This document shows positions 9,587 through 20,193 of a DNA stretch of 64,000 nucleotides, piece by piece. The notes under the pieces were generated by a model. The model worked only from the letters and a program-made list of their open reading frames with translations, did not search any database and had not been told where the DNA came from. Positions within the stretch are counted from its first letter, which is position 1, and each line of letters starts with the position of its first letter. Position numbers and translations under genes: made by a program. The stretch is taken from contig JBDKTL010000024.1 in the NCBI GenBank assembly GCA_039698055.1, positions 32,001 through 96,000 of the forward strand. The letters run 5' to 3'. The stretch is from Methanoregula sp. GTDB taxonomy: Archaea; Halobacteriota; Methanomicrobia; Methanomicrobiales; Methanospirillaceae.

Positions 9587-10306
9587 TCATGCAATCAGCG
9601 CAGACAGGATACAGCTGATAAACACCGCACCGAATGTTCCTGCACCGCCTATACTGATCTGCGGCACTTCAAGTTTTTTTGCAGCAGGAAGATGCGCGAT
9701 ATTTGCACCAAGCAGGGTGCCAAACACGCCGCTGACAAATGCAATCACTCCCGCAGACAATCCTATCTGCCCGGACAGGAAAAATCCAACAAGGAGCGCG
9801 GTAAGTCCCGGAATAAACAACGATGTTCGTATCCCCACACCGGTGAGAGGACGTGTGGTCACATACGCAACTGCGGCAACTATCAGGATACCAGCGATCA
9901 CATACTCCGCCAGTGATGAATTTGAAACAAGAAGAGCGCGGTACAGGAAATACAGCGATAGCGTAACGGGTATGACAGCCCCCCCAAAATTCAGCGAGAT
10001 AATTGTGTCCCAGACAGGGGTGTCTGCCCATGCGGTATCAACATTGGTCATCGACATCCCCTCTTCATGCGAAATCCTTACAGTATCACGGCGAATCTTC
10101 CAGAGCGGGATATTGATGAAGCTCCCAAGGAGCATCAACAGGACAACCGCAACCGCGGCAATCCATGAAAACCCCAGACGGGTGAATGCTTCACCGATCA
10201 ACCCGAGGAACAGAAGTGGTATGATCAGAACGATAAGCCCTATGACGATGATAATACCGAGAACAGACAACGGGCCGGCAGAGTAAAAATGGACTCCATC
10301 ACTCAT
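9587..10306 (-). CDS. DUF1614 family membrane protein
   Basis: GSFINIP, LNFGGAVIP, GTLLGAN, SIGGAGTF motifs; multiple TM segments. Confidence 0.8.
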   Translation of the reverse strand: MSDGVHFYSAGPLSVLGIIIVIGLIVLIIPLLFLGLIGEAFTRLGFSWIAAVAVVLLMLLGSFINIPLWKIRRDTVRISHEEGMSMTNVDTAWADTPVWDTIISLNFGGAVIPVTLSLYFLYRALLVSNSSLAEYVIAGILIVAAVAYVTTRPLTGVGIRTSLFIPGLTALLVGFFLSGQIGLSAGVIAFVSGVFGTLLGANIAHLPAAKKLEVPQISIGGAGTFGAVFISCILSALIA

Positions 10307-10923
10307 AGGTAGTATTCACCTTCCGCTATTTTACCAATGATCGCTGCATGGTCCCGGTGGTACGGCGCAAGCCAGACACTTTCTGTGATGACCACTCCTG
10401 CCGCCTCCAGAATCTCCAGTGTGTCATGGAAAACTTCGGCAGGCTCCTTTCTTACGTCCACGCTCCGGGTCTTGAGCATAAGGATAAGACTGCCGCCACG
10501 TTTCAGGAACGGACAATTCTTAAGCGCAATCGCAGCCTGATCTGGTTGCGCCACATCCTGATACAGCAGATCAACCGGTTCAACCAACGGGGTGTATTGC
10601 TCCGGGCGGGAGGCATCTGCCATGATTGGCATCACATTTTTCCGGCGCCGCGCCACTTCGAGAAGGTCCTGCATCGGGCGGGGGGCAAACTCTACACTGT
10701 AAACAACTTCCACGTAGTCGGCAACATGAGATACCGTAGTCCCGTTTGCCGCACCAAGATAGAGCACCCGCATACCGGGCGTGAGTTCGATTCCGGTCCC
10801 GACATGGTACAAGGCAGATAACTTGCTCCGGTAGGGGTCCCACACCCGTGAACCGCCGAGCATCCGCTCATTATAGACGCCCCCCTCGCCGGGAGAAACG
10901 AGCACATCGCCAATCCATATCAT
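10303..10923 (-). CDS. flpA: Fibrillarin (box C/D 2'-O-methyltransferase)
   Basis: WDPYRSKL, VLYLGAANGTTVSHVAD, YQDVAQPDQ. Confidence 0.95.
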   Translation of the reverse strand: MIWIGDVLVSPGEGGVYNERMLGGSRVWDPYRSKLSALYHVGTGIELTPGMRVLYLGAANGTTVSHVADYVEVVYSVEFAPRPMQDLLEVARRRKNVMPIMADASRPEQYTPLVEPVDLLYQDVAQPDQAAIALKNCPFLKRGGSLILMLKTRSVDVRKEPAEVFHDTLEILEAAGVVITESVWLAPYHRDHAAIIGKIAEGEYYL

Positions 10924-11804
10924 TGCGATTCGTTCTCCTTTCCTACAGGTTCAGCCCCGATCCGGTCAATACAAACCTGGGCGTTGTCAATAAATGCCGG
11001 TGCAAGGCTCCCCCGGTAGTAATCCAGCCGTGCCGCAATTGCAAGTTTCCCGGCAAGCACCCGTGCAACTTTTCCACGAACCGCACGAGGAGCGTTATGC
11101 ACCCTCCGGTGCTGGAAAATAATCCCGTGCTTTGGAGAGGGTGCATGTGTCCGCAGGTGTGCAAAAAGTGCGGTCCGGGCACCAAGCACCTGTATCGCGC
11201 TTCCCGGCATGCGGGAGAGATCTTTAAGCCCGCCGGCATGCGACAGGAGCCGGGCGGCAACAAGTCCACCGATCAATGCACTCGTGTTGGGCATTACGGC
11301 ACATGCACGCCCGGATACTTCGCGGGCAAGCGCAGTCCGCGTGTCAGCGAGATGGGTAATTTCACCTGCCACTTTTCCCAGTGCCCCACCCCGGTTCCGG
11401 TCAGCGATGCTCTTTACAAGCACGTGAGCCGGTGTCCTGCGGTATTTGCGGGAAAATGACGGGTGCCGGATCTGGTGCCAGTCGGCCACCCGCTCAGAAA
11501 GCAGGTTGATGACCGTATCCATTTCATCAAGCGTCCTTACCATCTGGAGCAGTTCCACATCTTTACCTGCATACTGCTCCCGCACTGCCAGTTCTGAACC
11601 TGCGATACAGACATCCTGGAGTTTTATGAGGTAATCCGCCCGGTCAGCGCAGGTTCCGCATGCCACCGCCAGTTGCCAGTCAGGGGGGACAAATCCATCC
11701 ATACTGCCGCGAAGAGTGCGGACGCGGGCAGCAACTGCACTCAAATCGCCGTTGAAAGGTGTGCACTGCCCGTCATCTACATCTCCAAACCAGTAGGACT
11801 GCAT
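10920..11804 (-). CDS. nop5: Nop5/Nop56 box C/D sRNP protein
   Basis: IQVLGARTALF, PKHGIIF, GKVARVLAGKLAIAARLD; overlaps flpA start. Confidence 0.92.
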   Translation of the reverse strand: MQSYWFGDVDDGQCTPFNGDLSAVAARVRTLRGSMDGFVPPDWQLAVACGTCADRADYLIKLQDVCIAGSELAVREQYAGKDVELLQMVRTLDEMDTVINLLSERVADWHQIRHPSFSRKYRRTPAHVLVKSIADRNRGGALGKVAGEITHLADTRTALAREVSGRACAVMPNTSALIGGLVAARLLSHAGGLKDLSRMPGSAIQVLGARTALFAHLRTHAPSPKHGIIFQHRRVHNAPRAVRGKVARVLAGKLAIAARLDYYRGSLAPAFIDNAQVCIDRIGAEPVGKENESQ

Positions 11805-11859
11805 GATAGAAACGTAAGGGAGCCCGGGTAAAAAAACAATGTATCCCCGGCACCTCTGG

Positions 11860-13074
11860 TCAGATCCACCCGATACCAAATGAGTACAGCATCACCGGCA
11901 CCATGATTGCGCCCATACAATACATCCTTGACACATTGACAAGATGGGGGACAAGACCCACAATCACGGCAAGAAGGAGAATGAACATGCCAAATGGACC
12001 GGTGATGATAAGACATAAGGCCACAACGAACAGGATCACGACCCGGTTTAATGTCCGGCCATTAATCCCGTTAAGCCGTGTCGCAGAGCGGGAAAGCCCC
12101 ACGGTGATGCAATATGCGGCACAAGCGGCAAGCACTCCGACAACCATGAGCTCGCTCATGGAAGGAAGCGGCAGTTCAGACAATGCTACCATCACCCCGT
12201 TACGCATCCGGGAAAGTGCGAACAATGCCGCAAGACCGATAAATGCATTTGCCGTATTTGCCGCACTCGTTGCAAGGATATAAGCCCGGCGATCCTTGTC
12301 ATAGCCGGAGACAGAGGCCAGAACACCGTTTGCCGTCGCATTCGAAAGCCCGGGTAGCCAGCCTACCGCGATTCCTGCGAGCGTCCCAAGAATTGAACTC
12401 TTCACGACCGTTTTATTATCAATCCGTAAACCCCGGAAATACTGGTCAGGTATCGCGCCCTGCGAAGCCGTTAGCAGCACGGAAATCCCAAAAAGTCCGG
12501 TGAGCAGGGGCATAAGTAATGCGCTGTCACCGGCCAAGGTATGCCAGCTGAGATACGCGTAGCGAAGGGTAAAAATTCCAAGAATGCCGGATACTGCGAA
12601 GATCCCCCATGCCCAGCCGGGGGCTTCACTCATCACGATCATATACCCCACGACAGCAATGAGGAGAATGCCAATACCCCAGTCAAAGTATGGTTGCAGG
12701 GCAGGGAGAAAAATAAAACAGAGCACGGACAGCGGGACAGCGATGATGATCGCACACGCACTCCCAAGGGCAGCGATGCGCACAGCTTCCTCACCGTTTC
12801 CCTCAAGACAAAGGGCGTGCGCCGGGAGCACCGACAGGGACGTGTCCGCATCCGGAACACCAAGAAATGTACTCGGAATGCAATCCACAAATGTATGGGT
12901 TATGAGCGCGGCAAACATCGCCCCTGCGAGAGCGAGCGGGCCAAACACGGATACTAAGAAAACCTGGAGACTCAACAGGACGCCCGCCAGTGTATTTGCA
13001 TGCACACCGGGGATAAGGCCGCTTATCGTGCCAAGAACCACGCCAAGAAGCGTCCCGATCAGGATCTCAATCAT
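11860..13074 (-). CDS. TctA/DUF112 family membrane permease
   Basis: GLIPGVHAN, IPSTFLGVPD, VLPAH motifs; highly hydrophobic. Confidence 0.82.
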   Translation of the reverse strand: MIEILIGTLLGVVLGTISGLIPGVHANTLAGVLLSLQVFLVSVFGPLALAGAMFAALITHTFVDCIPSTFLGVPDADTSLSVLPAHALCLEGNGEEAVRIAALGSACAIIIAVPLSVLCFIFLPALQPYFDWGIGILLIAVVGYMIVMSEAPGWAWGIFAVSGILGIFTLRYAYLSWHTLAGDSALLMPLLTGLFGISVLLTASQGAIPDQYFRGLRIDNKTVVKSSILGTLAGIAVGWLPGLSNATANGVLASVSGYDKDRRAYILATSAANTANAFIGLAALFALSRMRNGVMVALSELPLPSMSELMVVGVLAACAAYCITVGLSRSATRLNGINGRTLNRVVILFVVALCLIITGPFGMFILLLAVIVGLVPHLVNVSRMYCMGAIMVPVMLYSFGIGWI

Positions 13075-13152
13075 TACTTAAACGTGCAGGAGAAGGGACA
13101 TAAATGAACCGAAATGCATACCATATTATCGTAACGAGGCGATGAATCCGTA

Positions 13153-13839
13153 ATGATTATTGCAGTCACCCGCCTTGCGGGAAAAGAGGAGAGTGATGCA
13201 AGCCGGTGCGCACAGTTCGGGCATTCCTGTTACAGCGTGCACCCGCTCCATTCAGAAATCAAGCAGGATGTCATCTCATCATTTGTCACCGCGGTTGATC
13301 GGGGGGAGTTTGACTGCCTGTTTTTTACCAGTGCCCTTCCGGCAAAACTCATCGCCCCCCATCTCAACCGGTTCCCCCGCGTGATTGCTATTGGCCCGCA
13401 GACCGCAAAAGAACTGCAACGGTTTGAAGTGGAATGCGAAACACTCCCCGGTTTCTACTCACGCGACTTTGTACCGTATCTTGGGGACTGGATCAAAGAC
13501 AAAAATATTGGCATACCGCGGGCAGATGTGCCAAACTCCGCACTCATCGATGCCATCACCAACGCCGGTGGCATCGCACACGAATTCCGCTGCTACCAGC
13601 TGACACCCACCGGGGAATCACTGAACCTTGATGATGCAGACGCAATTCTCTTTACCAGTGCAATGTCATTTAAAAAAGCCATATGGACTGCACGCCCCAA
13701 CATTCTTGTGATGGCAATCGGGGATATCACCGCCTCCGATATGCGCAAAGCGGGAACGAACCCTGTTGTTGTCGGGGACGGATCTCTTGAAGGGACGCTC
13801 ACAGCGCTGAATGCCTACATCAAGCAAAAGGAACAATGA
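13153..13839 (+). CDS. hemD: Uroporphyrinogen-III synthase
   Basis: IAVTR, FTS, AIGPQTA, second FTSA..AIGDITA repeat. Confidence 0.82.
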   Translation: MIIAVTRLAGKEESDASRCAQFGHSCYSVHPLHSEIKQDVISSFVTAVDRGEFDCLFFTSALPAKLIAPHLNRFPRVIAIGPQTAKELQRFEVECETLPGFYSRDFVPYLGDWIKDKNIGIPRADVPNSALIDAITNAGGIAHEFRCYQLTPTGESLNLDDADAILFTSAMSFKKAIWTARPNILVMAIGDITASDMRKAGTNPVVVGDGSLEGTLTALNAYIKQKEQ

Positions 13840-14792
13840 ATATGACCGCCTCTACCGAATCTGCCATCACATCCTTGGATATCCCCCTCTGGCATGGTGC
13901 CGGGATCATTTTAATCGATAAACCACGCGGCCCATCAAGCCATGAAGTTGCAGCATGGGTAGGAAAAATGCTCGGTTGCCAGGTGGGTCATGCCGGCACG
14001 CTCGACCCACAGGTTTCCGGTGTCCTTCTTGTCATGCTCGGTAATGCGGTACGCCTCGCACCGCTCCTGCTTAAACACAATAAAGAATATGTCTGCCTGA
14101 TGCGTTTGCACGGAGATGTGGATAGTGAACGGATTATGCAGGCTGGCGCAGAGTTCACGGGCAGGATTTACCAGCGCCCGCCACGGAGAAGCGCGGTTAA
14201 ACGCAATCTCCGAATCCGTGCAATCTACAATCTTGAGATTCGAAGCATTGAAGGCCGCCTGGTACTTTTCCGTGCTGAATGTGAGGCTGGGACATACATT
14301 CGCTCACTCTGCCACCACATGGGTCTCGCCCTTGGCGTTGGGGCACACATGCAGGAGCTGCGCCGGACAAAATCAGGTGCATTCACAGAACAAATGTCAC
14401 ATTCACTTCATGCACTTCAGGATGCCTGTTATGCGGCTGCAAAAGGAGACCGGGCATCACTTCAATCCATGATCATTTCCGTAGATGCAGCAGTGCCGGA
14501 CCTTCCCAAAGTAATTGTCAGAGATTTAGCAATTGATGCACTCTGTCGCGGGGCCGTGCTTGCCGGTGTGGGCGTTATACGCTGTGATGAATTTAAAAAA
14601 GCCCAGACCGTTGCAGTCCTCTCACAGAAGAATGAGTTTGTCGGTCTTGGAAGATCACTGGTACCGTCTTCATCATTTAAGCCGGGCCAGACAGGGCTTG
14701 TAGTTGCCATGACCTCGGTATTCCTTCCACCAGGCACCTATCCCCGGGGCTGGAAAAAATCTGCCAAACCTGAAAAACCGGCAAAAAAGTGA
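13836..14792 (+). CDS. truB: Cbf5/TruB pseudouridine synthase (H/ACA)
   Basis: DKPRGPSSHEV, GHAGTLDP, QRPP, CEAGTYIRSL, C-terminal PUA domain. Confidence 0.95.
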   Translation: MNMTASTESAITSLDIPLWHGAGIILIDKPRGPSSHEVAAWVGKMLGCQVGHAGTLDPQVSGVLLVMLGNAVRLAPLLLKHNKEYVCLMRLHGDVDSERIMQAGAEFTGRIYQRPPRRSAVKRNLRIRAIYNLEIRSIEGRLVLFRAECEAGTYIRSLCHHMGLALGVGAHMQELRRTKSGAFTEQMSHSLHALQDACYAAAKGDRASLQSMIISVDAAVPDLPKVIVRDLAIDALCRGAVLAGVGVIRCDEFKKAQTVAVLSQKNEFVGLGRSLVPSSSFKPGQTGLVVAMTSVFLPPGTYPRGWKKSAKPEKPAKK

Positions 14793-14849
14793 TCGAATAA
14801 AGGGATACCATTAAAAAAATACCCGGCAAATATATGGGATACGCCTTTT

Positions 14850-14933
14850 GCTGAGGTAGTCTAGCGGTAGGGCGCAGGCCTGGAAAGCCTGTGGTGCGAA
14901 AGTGCCTCGGGGGTTCAATTCCCCCCCTCAGCG
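14850..14933 (+). tRNA. tRNA-Ser(GGA)
   Basis: GCTGAGG/CCTCAGC acceptor, CAGGC-CT-GGA-AA-GCCTG, long variable arm. Confidence 0.95.
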
Positions 14934-15094
14934 TAGTATCATTTTGATTATGATTTTTTTGTTGAATCCCCCGTTTCCGGCAACAAAGAGAATCGTTCGG
15001 AGATTGCGAGGTAATTGCGGGTCTTGATTCCCTCGTTCTGCGATATAAACCACCAAAAAAAAGAAAATTTAAAACTTATCTGTTGTGATCGGCA

Positions 15095-15679
15095 TCAGCA
15101 GGTCCCGCCAAACTCCCTGCCAAGATCAAAGGCTTTCATATTGATCTCAACTGTTTTTTGGGGCACGAGTTTTTTGACTGCCTCCCGTAGTGACTCAGGC
15201 TTGAGCGGGAGGTCATGCGACGCCGCTCCCAGGATGACCACGTTCTGGGTCAGCGGGCTTCCTGCCTTAAGCGCAATCTGGTCTGCGTCGATCAGGCAGA
15301 GATTGAACTTCTTCAGCTGCGCGATGATCTCATCCTCATTAGGTGCTGGGATTTTTTGGGTGAACACTGAGGTAGGTATGACAAGATGCCGGTTAACCAC
15401 CATCTTCCCGCCTTCTTTGAGATAATGCGAATAGCGGAGTGCCTCCAGCAGATCAAAAGAAATTAAAAGTTCCGCGTGACCCGGTTCAATCAGCGGTCCG
15501 AATTCGCCATCGATCCGGATCTGGCTCTCCACTGATCCCCCGCGCTGCGCCATCCCATGAGTCTCAGCGCCTTTGATATGCCTTCCTTCAATCAGGCATG
15601 CTTCTCCCAGGATATTTGAGGCAAGAATTGTTCCCTGGCCGCCAATACCAACAATCATCACGTCATAGCTACGGGTCAT
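15095..15679 (-). CDS. iorB: Indolepyruvate:ferredoxin oxidoreductase beta subunit
   Basis: GIGGQG, ETHGMAQRGGSV; start re-called at MTRSYD. Confidence 0.93.
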   Translation of the reverse strand: MTRSYDVMIVGIGGQGTILASNILGEACLIEGRHIKGAETHGMAQRGGSVESQIRIDGEFGPLIEPGHAELLISFDLLEALRYSHYLKEGGKMVVNRHLVIPTSVFTQKIPAPNEDEIIAQLKKFNLCLIDADQIALKAGSPLTQNVVILGAASHDLPLKPESLREAVKKLVPQKTVEINMKAFDLGREFGGTC

Positions 15680-17445
15680 CGATTTCCCTCCCGGACAATC
15701 GCGCCAACCGGACAAATCTGGACACAGACGGCACAACCGCTGCACAAATCATTGATCAGCGCTTTTTCTTCGACAAGCTCAATTGCGGGGCAACCGAACC
15801 GTACACAGGTTCCACATCCCGTGCAGATCTCTGGATCAACCATATAATGTGCCCGTTTGACTCCACAACGGCGCGCCATTATCACGCACATCTGCTTGGC
15901 GATGATAACCTTGACTCCATCTCTCTTTTTGGCGTCCTCCAGCACCCGTAGCATGCCGGTAAGATCATAAGGGTCGATTGTCTCAACAAAATTCACACCG
16001 CTGGCCCGGCACAGCGCATCAAGAGAAACCGGTGGAGTTGCCACCCCAGTGGCTGTAACACCAGTATTCGGGTTTGGCTGGTGCCCGGTCATCGCCGTGA
16101 TACGGTTGTCGAGGATAACAACCGTCATATTTGCGCCATTGTACACCGCGTTTATAAGGCCCTGAATGCCGGTGTGCAGGAACGTAGAATCTCCAATCGT
16201 ACAGACAATATCGTGTGGATCTCCGGAATGGGCGATACCGCTTCCCACCGTGATCGACGCGCCCATGCAGATCGTGGTGTCAACCACACCAAGCTGAATA
16301 CCGAGGGTATAACACCCGATATCGCTGGGATAAATCGCGTCCTTGAACACTTTTTTTATGGCATAGAACGCCGCACGGTGGTGGCAGCCGGCACAAAGGA
16401 TGGGAGGACGCAACGGAAGATTCTGTATGGGTTCGGGAATCATGTCCATTGATGCCGGTAGAAATCCCGCTTTTCTCATAATCCCGGCAACCACCTGAGG
16501 GGATAGTTCCCCTTCATACGGGGCATACCCGTTCTTCTTGCCAAAAACCGGAACACACTTGGCAACCTGTCGCACAATCTCTTCCACAACCGGTGCCAGT
16601 TCTTCAATAACGAGAATTTTTTCGTGTTTTTGTATGAATTCCTCCAGCCATTCTTCATCAATCGGGTATGCTCCGATTTTTAAGAACGAAACATCGGACG
16701 GCAGAAGTTCCTGTACATACGTGGCACCAATCCCGCTTGCAATAATTGCAGTTTTCCCGCCATACGTGAACCAGTTATATCCACGTTCTACGAGTCGTTT
16801 TCTGATGGCGGGCTGTTTTTCATTGAGTTTTTTATGGAGAATCCGGGTATGGGCAGGGATTACAACGTATTGACGCGGATCTTTATGGAATTCGCCCTTT
16901 CCCGAGCCCGCAACCGGATCACCCAATTGAACGTCACCTTTAGAGTGACAGATGCGTGTAGTGGGGCGGAACAATACCGGAAGCCCGAACTCCTCAGAGA
17001 GCGAAAATGCATCACGCGCCATATCGTGCGCCTCCTGCACACTTGCCGGATCAAGGCAGGGAACGCGGGCAAAGTGCGCATAGCACCGGGTATCCTGTTC
17101 ATTCTGGGAACTGTGCGCGAACGGATCATCTGCGCTCATAATCACTAAACCACCGGTCACGCCGGTATATGCACTGGTCATCAGCGGATCTGCAGCAACG
17201 TTCAGGCCCACATGTTTCATCGTGCAGAGCGCCCGTATGCCGCACCATGCAGCTGCAAGAGCATTCTCCAGTGCCACTTTTTCATTTACCGACCATTCAA
17301 TATGGTAAGACGGTTCTTTTTGCGCACGGAGGACATCGATCACTTCTGATGACGGCGTCCCCGGGTAACCGCTCACGAAATCAACACCCGATTCAAGACA
17401 GGCATGGGCAATTGCTTCGTTTCCGAGGAGATATTTTTGTTCCAT
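15676..17445 (-). CDS. iorA: Indolepyruvate:ferredoxin oxidoreductase alpha subunit
   Basis: GNEAIA, GYPGTPSSE, MKHVGLNVAAD, GDSTFLH TPP motif, 2x[4Fe-4S] C-terminus. Confidence 0.95.
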   Translation of the reverse strand: MEQKYLLGNEAIAHACLESGVDFVSGYPGTPSSEVIDVLRAQKEPSYHIEWSVNEKVALENALAAAWCGIRALCTMKHVGLNVAADPLMTSAYTGVTGGLVIMSADDPFAHSSQNEQDTRCYAHFARVPCLDPASVQEAHDMARDAFSLSEEFGLPVLFRPTTRICHSKGDVQLGDPVAGSGKGEFHKDPRQYVVIPAHTRILHKKLNEKQPAIRKRLVERGYNWFTYGGKTAIIASGIGATYVQELLPSDVSFLKIGAYPIDEEWLEEFIQKHEKILVIEELAPVVEEIVRQVAKCVPVFGKKNGYAPYEGELSPQVVAGIMRKAGFLPASMDMIPEPIQNLPLRPPILCAGCHHRAAFYAIKKVFKDAIYPSDIGCYTLGIQLGVVDTTICMGASITVGSGIAHSGDPHDIVCTIGDSTFLHTGIQGLINAVYNGANMTVVILDNRITAMTGHQPNPNTGVTATGVATPPVSLDALCRASGVNFVETIDPYDLTGMLRVLEDAKKRDGVKVIIAKQMCVIMARRCGVKRAHYMVDPEICTGCGTCVRFGCPAIELVEEKALINDLCSGCAVCVQICPVGAIVREGNR

Positions 17446-17585
17446 AATCCCAGATCCGTATGAGATACGTGTTTTTTTAAGGCACATATCCCTATCTAAT
17501 TATTCACTAGCTGTGCATTTTCGGATTCACAACCTATAAAAACTCTGGTGGAGTAGTTATTAGGGTAAATTTCCATTGTCATTTT

Positions 17586-17659
17586 GGGCCCGTAGCATAG
17601 CTCGGTGGTGCGCCCGGCTGATAACCGGGAGGTCATGCGTTCAAATCGCATCGGGCCCA
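17586..17659 (+). tRNA. tRNA-Ile(GAU)
   Basis: GGGCCCG/CGGGCCC acceptor; CCCGG-CT-GAT-AA-CCGGG. Confidence 0.96.
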
Positions 17660-17700
17660 TTTCTGTTGTTTTATTATAGTTTTTATGCGTACAGGATGTC

Positions 17701-18156
17701 ATGGAGAAAAACCATTCAATTATTCTTCTGGCCGGAATTCTTGTCTGCGCAACCTGTTTTTTTATCAATATTTACCTTGGCGGAATAGCGGCAATCATTC
17801 TGGTGGCATTGGCGATGTCATTTTTTATCTTTGAAGATGCGAAGGTTCTGCCGGAAATTTCGGTGCGACTCCATGCAGATGCAAAACAGGTTATCGTTTC
17901 CAATGGGGGGACCGCAACCGCATATAAAATCCATGTCGCGATTGTTCCGCATGATATTGAATATGATATTGCTGGTCTTGAACCGGATAAAAGCCACGGG
18001 CACCCGCTTGACCATATGATTAATGAGGCAAAATCAGTCATCAGTTACGAAGACGCAGAGGGCAATCACTATACCAAAACATCGAAACTTTCTGCATTGG
18101 GCGATAGCGAGGACGACCTCCTCAAACCAATGTTTCCGCTTTTTAACTGGAAATAA
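17701..18156 (+). CDS. Hypothetical membrane-anchored protein
   Basis: Two N-terminal TM helices, then Ig-like NxGxATA segment. Confidence 0.7.
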   Translation: MEKNHSIILLAGILVCATCFFINIYLGGIAAIILVALAMSFFIFEDAKVLPEISVRLHADAKQVIVSNGGTATAYKIHVAIVPHDIEYDIAGLEPDKSHGHPLDHMINEAKSVISYEDAEGNHYTKTSKLSALGDSEDDLLKPMFPLFNWK

Positions 18157-18170
18157 ATAAATAAATAATA

Positions 18171-18701
18171 TTACTGTTTGCGGGCAAAAATATACCCGAT
18201 AACCTTGTCAAGCGCTTCAATAAGTTCTTTTTCCGCTTTCAGGTAGTCATGCATTGCCTGGTAGAGCATAATCATAACATCGTAGCCGTATATCTCAATT
18301 GCTGACTCCGGGTCGATGGGATTGAGATATGAATCAGTGATAAACCCATCGGAGCTGTACATCAACTCAAAGAATTTTCCTTCCTCAGAAAGTACACAAA
18401 ACTGGTCGGTGATTTTTTTTGCAGGATTGTCAGGACGGAAATCCGCGGGGTCGGTTTTCCCGAGGATGATCATTTTTGAGGTATGATAACTGGCATCGTA
18501 AAGCTCGTTTTTGGTATCCTGCTTGCCAATCTTGAGCAGGTTTAACCCGACGGATTTCACCACAGGCAATGCTGAAATCCCCATGCGCCCCAGAAGTTTT
18601 CCGTCATGGGTTTTAATCTCTTCAGAAAGGTTTGCCTCCTTCTTTTTCATCTCGTCAATTTTCTTCAATATTGCGTTAAAACCAGTTTCAATTGCATCCA
18701 T
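18171..18701 (-). CDS. Hypothetical protein
   Basis: 176-aa ORF with GGTGA SD, coiled-coil ends, fills gap convergently. Confidence 0.7.
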   Translation of the reverse strand: MDAIETGFNAILKKIDEMKKKEANLSEEIKTHDGKLLGRMGISALPVVKSVGLNLLKIGKQDTKNELYDASYHTSKMIILGKTDPADFRPDNPAKKITDQFCVLSEEGKFFELMYSSDGFITDSYLNPIDPESAIEIYGYDVMIMLYQAMHDYLKAEKELIEALDKVIGYIFARKQ

Positions 18702-18814
18702 ATCATATCACCATTATCAGACATGTATCACGAAGGACATGAATAATTACCGTTCCGGCTAATAAATCGCTCGGATTTTATACCATCTCCACCGTTCAAC
18801 AACGGGGAAGACTA

Positions 18815-20080
18815 TCAGGAGACACGTTCACCGGTAAAAAAATAGTGTCGGTCATGCGTAATCCGGACATTTCCGGTGAAACCGAGGGGGAGATCTTCTT
18901 TGATCACTACACCCTGGTACGTTGGCGTTCTGGCCATTACGGAACCTTTCCGGAGTTTCTCTGTAACTATAACAGGCTGTATTGTCTCAAGAAGTGGTGC
19001 GTTAAGTGCTGTATATATTTTTTTAGCACAAGTGTTCAGGATTCGGGACCGGTCTTTTTTCACGAAATCCGGGAAGTCTTTTTCCAAAAAGGGACCGGTG
19101 AACGGGCGGGCAGAATACCGCGTAATGTTTACTTTGTTGAGGCGCATCCGGTTGAGAAGCGCAAGGGACTGGTTGAAGTCATCAGGAGTTTCCCCGGGAA
19201 ATCCCACTATCATATCAGTAACAAGACTGATATCCGGGTATCGGTTCCTGAAAGTTGATACAATCTTTTTAAAATCCTGAACCGAATATCCCCGTTTCAT
19301 CTGCGAAAGAACAGTGTCCGAGCCCGATTGAACAGGGAGATGAATAAACCGGAAAAGGTGATCGCCCCCTAAAACTTCGACCAGTTCCGGAAGGATAGGT
19401 TTTACTGTTGCAGGGTTTATCATGCCAATCCGGATTCGATAATTTCCGGGGATTGCAGTTAGTTTTTCCAGTAATGAGGGGAGTGTTCTTCCGAGATCCA
19501 GCCCCCATGAACTCAGGTCCTGCGCGGTAAGCTGGATTTCAGGGGCCCCGGCCCGGATAAATGCGCGGGTTTTATCGATGATCTCATCTTCAGAAAAACT
19601 TTTCAAAGGTCCGCGGGCGGTTCGCGTAATGCAGTAGGAACAGTTCCCCACGCACCCTTGTGCTACCTGAACAATACCTGCACCTCCGCATGATACGGTT
19701 TTTATACGGCTGTACACATCACGGATCATCTGTGGAGGGATGATCACCGGGGAACATACAGCAAAAATTGCCTCACGCTGCACCATGGACATGCACCCGG
19801 TCACAAAAAGAGGTTTGTCATCGAATTGTATGAGACGCCGAAGCATGCGTCTCTCGGTGGGCCCCACAACCGTGCAGGTATTAATAATAACAACATCTGA
19901 CTTTTCTGGTGTCTCAACGATACTTGCGCCTATCTTTTTGAGAATTTCTACAAGGTTTGCAGTATCGCCGAAATTATAAGTACACCCATATGTTTCGACA
20001 TACACACGCTTTCCGGCAAGCGCCTGGAGTTCTGAGGGAATCTTAAGAGGAATGAGGTCTTTTTGGTCAATATCTGCCAT
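18815..20080 (-). CDS. tRNA methylthiotransferase (MiaB-like, archaeal e-MtaB type)
   Basis: ETYGCTYN, INTCTV, TGC (UPF0004); CVGNCSYC radical SAM; VGFPGET; TRAM tail. Confidence 0.9.
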   Translation of the reverse strand: MADIDQKDLIPLKIPSELQALAGKRVYVETYGCTYNFGDTANLVEILKKIGASIVETPEKSDVVIINTCTVVGPTERRMLRRLIQFDDKPLFVTGCMSMVQREAIFAVCSPVIIPPQMIRDVYSRIKTVSCGGAGIVQVAQGCVGNCSYCITRTARGPLKSFSEDEIIDKTRAFIRAGAPEIQLTAQDLSSWGLDLGRTLPSLLEKLTAIPGNYRIRIGMINPATVKPILPELVEVLGGDHLFRFIHLPVQSGSDTVLSQMKRGYSVQDFKKIVSTFRNRYPDISLVTDMIVGFPGETPDDFNQSLALLNRMRLNKVNITRYSARPFTGPFLEKDFPDFVKKDRSRILNTCAKKIYTALNAPLLETIQPVIVTEKLRKGSVMARTPTYQGVVIKEDLPLGFTGNVRITHDRHYFFTGERVS

Positions 20081-20193
20081 AATCGCACTATATTTTTCAT
20101 TAGAGCGCCAACCAATAAAATATTCATAATTCCCCGGATGAAAAACCGGAATAAACACAACAATTAACCAATGAAACCCATAATCTGTTTACC

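Noticed and set aside
14962-14973. TTGAATCCCCCG complementary to the tRNA-Ser T-arm, as a possible att scar
   Set aside because: Short, imperfect and inverted rather than a direct repeat; no integrase nearby.
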